Assembly: GCA_023256615.1 (NCBI GenBank)
Contig: JAGDXO010000022.1
Span: forward strand, 5,672 to 69,671
Direction of reading: 5' to 3'
DNA length: 64,000 bases
From: Thermoplasmata archaeon
GTDB lineage: Archaea; Thermoplasmatota; Thermoplasmata; Thermoplasmatales; GCA-001856825
A program made the translations under genes and the position numbers. Position 1 is the first letter of the stretch; the number at the start of each line of letters is the position of its first letter. The notes under the pieces are model-generated. The model was not told where the DNA came from. It ran no database searches and worked only from the letters and a program-made list of their open reading frames with translations. Positions 60,053 to 64,000 of this stretch are shown here, piece after piece.

Positions 60053-60868
60053 ATGATTGAAAATTATAAGCTCAAGATTTCATTAGTTCAGGCTAAAAGT
60101 GACCCGGATAAGGGAGTTACTTTAAAGAAGATAGAAAATTACGTCTCAAGAGCCAAAGAGCAAAAATCAGATTTGATCGTATTTCCGGAAATATTTATGT
60201 TTTATTCACCAGTAGAAGAAAGTAACGATATAAGATCTGTAAAATCTGAGCCATTGAATGGTAAATATGTAGGTAGAATAAAAAAGATTGCAAAAAAACA
60301 TAATATAAGCATTATTGTTGGTGTCTATGAAAAAATAAACGGTAAAAGCAAAATATACAATACCACAATATTGGTGAATGATAAAGGTGAATTAGATTTA
60401 ATTTATCGGAAAACGCATCTTTATGATGCATTTAATTTTAAAGAATCAGAAATTTATTTATCATCTAACAATGATTTTCCAATCTTTAAATTAGGTAAAT
60501 TTAAAATAGGATTAATGGTGTGTTATGAGATAAGATTCCCAGAAATAGCTAGAACTCTGGCATTGAAAGGAGTGGATGCGATAATAGTTCCTAGCGCATG
60601 GGTTAAGGGGTATAACAAAGAGGATCAATGGTTAACGCTGGTTAAAGCAAGGGCAATAGAAAATACAATCTATGTTCTTACCTCAAACCAGATAGGTAAT
60701 GTGTTTACAGGAATAACGTGTGTTGCTGATCCAATGGGAAATATAATAATGAGGGCTTCTGAAGAGGAGGGTATTATCACTACAGAGTTAAGGAAAGAAA
60801 GGATAAACGAGGTTAGAAAAGCAGTTCCTGTTTTAAAACAAAGAAAATCTGAGTTATATAAACTCTAA
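60053..60868 (+). CDS. Carbon-nitrogen hydrolase (nitrilase superfamily)
   Basis: Glu-Lys-Cys triad context: FPEIFM, YRKTHLYD, MVCYEIRFPE. Confidence 0.85.
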   Translation: MIENYKLKISLVQAKSDPDKGVTLKKIENYVSRAKEQKSDLIVFPEIFMFYSPVEESNDIRSVKSEPLNGKYVGRIKKIAKKHNISIIVGVYEKINGKSKIYNTTILVNDKGELDLIYRKTHLYDAFNFKESEIYLSSNNDFPIFKLGKFKIGLMVCYEIRFPEIARTLALKGVDAIIVPSAWVKGYNKEDQWLTLVKARAIENTIYVLTSNQIGNVFTGITCVADPMGNIIMRASEEEGIITTELRKERINEVRKAVPVLKQRKSELYKL

Positions 60869-60917
60869 CTTCCATATGAGGAAAAAAGTATTAATACAAG
60901 ACAAATAATATATTAAT

Positions 60918-61766
60918 ATGAGAAAATCAATATTTTTGATTATAGCGTTAACTTCTATATTTCTTTTCACTTTTATACCTGCACACGGCGCATCAACACC
61001 GACAATAGTAATACTAGTTCACGGATATTCTATAACAGGTTCGGAGGGTTCAGATCAGTGGCAGTCAGGAGTAAATTTATACCAACAACTCATAAATGCA
61101 GGGTATATAGTTGGTGTAGTGGCATATTATGGAGGATTCTATATTAATTATAGTAATGGTTATCAATTCTCGGATACATCATTCCAAGGAACTTCAAACA
61201 CTCCTATAGAAAATATTGCACAAGAGTTATACATTGGTCTTCAAAACCTCTATTATTATTACGGAAATGTGAACATAGACATTGTTGCTCATAGCATGGG
61301 GGGCCTAATAGTTTCAGAAATGATGGAAAACGAACAACTCCCCCTAACGGTGCAAAACGTAATATTCATAGGAACACCATTCCTAGGTTCTCCATTTGCC
61401 TCAATTGCTTCATACTTAGGACTCGATATTATAGTTGGTTATCAAGCTGATGAAATGGTTCCGGGATCAACATTTTTGACCAATCTACAGAACAATATGA
61501 ACAACATTTCTTATTATTATCCTTCAACACAATTAATAGTGTATGCAGGAAATTATGATCCATGGTGGGGTTATTTGTTTTTCAGCGGGGATAATGACGG
61601 AGTCGTAAGTGTAAATTCTGCAACTGCAATCAATTATAATTACGCCTATGAGTTTCCAGACTTACATACTTCCGAATTTGATTCTTTCACATACTCCGGT
61701 ATAAGCTATTTCGAAGACCAAAATGTTGCCAATACTATAATATCAAATCTCAATTTTAATTACTAA
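60918..61766 (+). CDS. Secreted alpha/beta-hydrolase, lipase/esterase-like
   Basis: Signal peptide MRKSIFLIIALTSIFLFTFIPAHGA, ILVHGY, and the nucleophile elbow AHSMGG. Confidence 0.7.
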   Translation: MRKSIFLIIALTSIFLFTFIPAHGASTPTIVILVHGYSITGSEGSDQWQSGVNLYQQLINAGYIVGVVAYYGGFYINYSNGYQFSDTSFQGTSNTPIENIAQELYIGLQNLYYYYGNVNIDIVAHSMGGLIVSEMMENEQLPLTVQNVIFIGTPFLGSPFASIASYLGLDIIVGYQADEMVPGSTFLTNLQNNMNNISYYYPSTQLIVYAGNYDPWWGYLFFSGDNDGVVSVNSATAINYNYAYEFPDLHTSEFDSFTYSGISYFEDQNVANTIISNLNFNY

Positions 61767-61817
61767 TTTTTAAAAATATTTATCAATTATTTTTCATTAT
61801 CATTTCAGTGGTAGAAA

Positions 61818-62477
61818 ATGGTTAAATTGACTTGGTTTGGTCATGCCGCTTGGCTAATATCATTCGAAAATAAAAACGTGCTAATAGATCCATTCCTGAA
61901 GGAAAATCCAAAGTCACCAATTAAGCCAGACGAATTAGGTAAAATAGATTTTATCATAGTTACCCACTCGCATTCAGATCATTTAGGAGATGCGTACGAG
62001 ATAGTAAAAAAAAGAGGATCAAAATTAATCAGCCTATTTGAGAATATTCAGGACGCAGAAAAGGAAGGACTACCGGAGGAGAAACTCATAGGTATGAATA
62101 TTGGGAGTCAGGTAGATTTCGAAGGCATAAAGATAGGTTTTGTTCAGGCAGTTCATAGCGCTAACTGTACCGGTACCGTAGTCACCGGAGATGGTGTTAC
62201 TATATACCATGCTGGCGATACTGGTCTATTTGGAGATATGAAGCTTATTGGTGAAGTTTACAAACCAAAGGTTGCGTTGTTACCTATTGGGGGATTTTTT
62301 ACAATGGGGCCAAAGGAAGCTGCAATGGCAGCGAGAATGATAAAACCAGAAATAGCTATCCCAATGCATTATGGTACATGGCCACCAATAGATTCAAACC
62401 CCAAGGAATTTCAGGAATTACTGAAAAATGAAATAAAAGTTCCATTACTCAAACCCGGAGAATCATTTATAGTCTGA
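61818..62477 (+). CDS. UPF0173-family metallo-beta-lactamase-fold hydrolase
   Basis: KLTWFGHAAWLI, THSHSDHLGD, and YHAGDTG motifs. Confidence 0.8.
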   Translation: MVKLTWFGHAAWLISFENKNVLIDPFLKENPKSPIKPDELGKIDFIIVTHSHSDHLGDAYEIVKKRGSKLISLFENIQDAEKEGLPEEKLIGMNIGSQVDFEGIKIGFVQAVHSANCTGTVVTGDGVTIYHAGDTGLFGDMKLIGEVYKPKVALLPIGGFFTMGPKEAAMAARMIKPEIAIPMHYGTWPPIDSNPKEFQELLKNEIKVPLLKPGESFIV

Positions 62478-62515
62478 AACAAAAAAAGATAAATTCGATA
62501 AAACTCTGTACGATT

Positions 62516-63451
62516 GTGACTGACAGGAAATACCTGGGTTTTGATGTAGGGGGCACTAAAATAACTGGCACTCTCGCCGATGAAACAGGTAAAATAATAA
62601 AAAGAAAAGAGGTAAAGACTAAAAAATTCTTAGGACCCGATGCACTTGTAAGTCAAATAAATGAACTATCTCAGCAATTTGGTGATTATGATGACGTAAG
62701 TGTTATTTTTCCAGCACCCATCTCTAGAGAGGGTATAGTACTCAATGCACCAAATCTCACAGGATGGAATTCCGTTAATATCAAGCAAAAATTAAACGAA
62801 TCTTTTGGGAAAGAAGTTTTTATAGATAATGATGCAACCGCTCAGGCAATATCTGTAAAAATATTCGACAAGGGTAAGAGATACAAGGATTTCATTTACA
62901 TAGTTATAGGTACTGGAATCGGAGGAGGAATTTTTTTAAATGATAGAATTTACCGAGGGTCAAATGGATATGCGGGGGAGATAGGTCACATGGTAATCCT
63001 CGCTAATGGGCCAGGTTGCGGATGTGGTAGGAGGGGGTGTATTGAAGCTCTCGGATCTGGGAGAGCAATTACGAGGAGGGTTATTGAAAATATTGGGGAA
63101 GTAAGAAAATCAACTTTTCTATCAAGCATATCCCCCACAAGATTGGTTGCAGAAGATGTTTTTAGCGGTAAAAGGCTCGGAGACCCATTTTCAACATTAA
63201 TAATAGACGAAGAGATTTATTACCTTTCAATTGCCGTAGCGAATCTCATAAATATTTTCGATCCAGCTGCAATATTTTTTGGTGGTGGCGTAATGAAAAA
63301 TGACAGAACATTTCTCAATGATCTTGAGGAAGCCACAAAACATGAGCTTGCAAACTATTATAGGGAGGTCCCGATGTTCAAGATAAAGGATGAAACTATA
63401 GATCTGGCTCCAATAGCACTTGCAATTTATGAGAGAAAATATGAAAAATGA
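62516..63451 (+). CDS. ROK-family sugar kinase (glucokinase-like)
   Basis: N-terminal ATP-binding motif GFDVGGTK, GTGIGGG, and the Zn-binding GHMVILANGPGCGCGRRGCIE. Confidence 0.85.
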   Translation: MTDRKYLGFDVGGTKITGTLADETGKIIKRKEVKTKKFLGPDALVSQINELSQQFGDYDDVSVIFPAPISREGIVLNAPNLTGWNSVNIKQKLNESFGKEVFIDNDATAQAISVKIFDKGKRYKDFIYIVIGTGIGGGIFLNDRIYRGSNGYAGEIGHMVILANGPGCGCGRRGCIEALGSGRAITRRVIENIGEVRKSTFLSSISPTRLVAEDVFSGKRLGDPFSTLIIDEEIYYLSIAVANLINIFDPAAIFFGGGVMKNDRTFLNDLEEATKHELANYYREVPMFKIKDETIDLAPIALAIYERKYEK

Positions 63452-63500
63452 AATAGAATAATGTGAAAAGAGTTAATAGTTCATTACTAATTATAAAAGC

Positions 63501-64000
63501 ATGTCAAAAATTTCTGAAATAGAGATAATGGAATTAGGGGAAGAGGGAGAAAAGTCAAGTCCTTGGAGCTCAACTATTCTTATTCTTAAAATGACAACAT
63601 CAGATGGTATCATAGGATATGGTGAGGCACCAACAACTCTAATGACAAGACCGGTTTATGAGCAGATGAAAGAGGTGGAAAGGATATTCAAAGGGGCAGA
63701 GGTTCATAATATAAAATTAAATGTAAGGGAATTTTACAAGCACTCTTTCTATCTCCCAGTATCTATGGAATCAACCTCAGCCTTAAGTGCATATGAAATT
63801 GCATCCTGGGATATAGTTGGGAAGGAACTTGGTGCCCCCATTTATGATCTTCTAGGGGGAAAGGTGAGGGAAAAGGCTAAAGCTTACGCCAATGGATGGT
63901 ACAATGATTGTGTGACTCCGGATCAATTTTTAAAAAATGCTAAGGATATTCAGAAAATGGGTTTTAAGGCAATTAAATTTGATCCATTTGGAAATTATTA
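63501..64000 (+). CDS. Enolase-superfamily (mandelate racemase/muconate lactonizing enzyme) dehydratase, gluconate/galactonate dehydratase-like; 3'-truncated by the window
   Basis: My own translation from the ATG at 63501: MSKISEIEIMELGEEGEKSSPWSSTILILKMTTSDGIIGYGEAPTT ... SALSAYEIASWDIVGKELGAPIYDLLGGKVREK. This is the typical MR/MLE N-terminal capping domain. The frame stays open to the window end. Confidence 0.75.
   Translation, partial: MSKISEIEIMELGEEGEKSSPWSSTILILKMTTSDGIIGYGEAPTTLMTRPVYEQMKEVERIFKGAEVHNIKLNVREFYKHSFYLPVSMESTSALSAYEIASWDIVGKELGAPIYDLLGGKVREKAKAYANGWYNDCVTPDQFLKNAKDIQKMGFKAIKFDPFGNY

Overview
This is a gene-dense, AT-rich archaeal chromosomal segment. Topoisomerase VI A/B, archaeal-type CobY/CobT, an aTrm56-type methyltransferase, a GINS51-like protein, an archaeal RecJ/DHH protein and a stand-alone 23S rRNA gene (no adjacent 16S or 5S) together point to a Thermoplasmatales-like organism such as Picrophilus, Ferroplasma or Thermoplasma. 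I cannot name the species from sequence alone.

Most of the window is housekeeping:
- a GH15 trehalase-like gene and otsA
- an hsp20 plus wHTH pair
- a late-pathway/salvage cobalamin cluster (cbiA, pduO-type adenosyltransferase, cobT, cobS, cobY, cbiB, cobD, cbiP), interrupted by an SQR-TusA-DsrE sulfur module
- carAB, a P5C-dehydrogenase-like ALDH, gcvT, pdxT, aspS, prs and a polyprenyl synthase
- a long minus-strand operon running from a wHTH gene through top6B, top6A, an MFS transporter and trm5 to an SHMT-like gene
- a sugar ABC transporter
- tRNA-Phe(GAA) and tRNA-Leu(CAG)
- ppa, a nitrilase-family hydrolase, a secreted lipase-like protein, a ROK kinase and a partial enolase-superfamily dehydratase

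The main finding is a tightly coupled five-gene operon at 44.4-50.0 kb. It encodes a VirB2-like two-helix pilin candidate, a VirB6-like polytopic membrane protein, a small membrane-hairpin protein, a VirB4/TrbE/CedB-like ATPase and a second HerA/FtsK/VirD4-like ATPase. This is a candidate conjugation-type (Ced/Ted-like) DNA-transfer apparatus. It sits in core chromosome with no integrase or relaxase in the window.

A second clear unannotated element is a textbook C/D-box sRNA on the minus strand at 4279-4341. No CRISPR arrays, transposases or integrases were seen.
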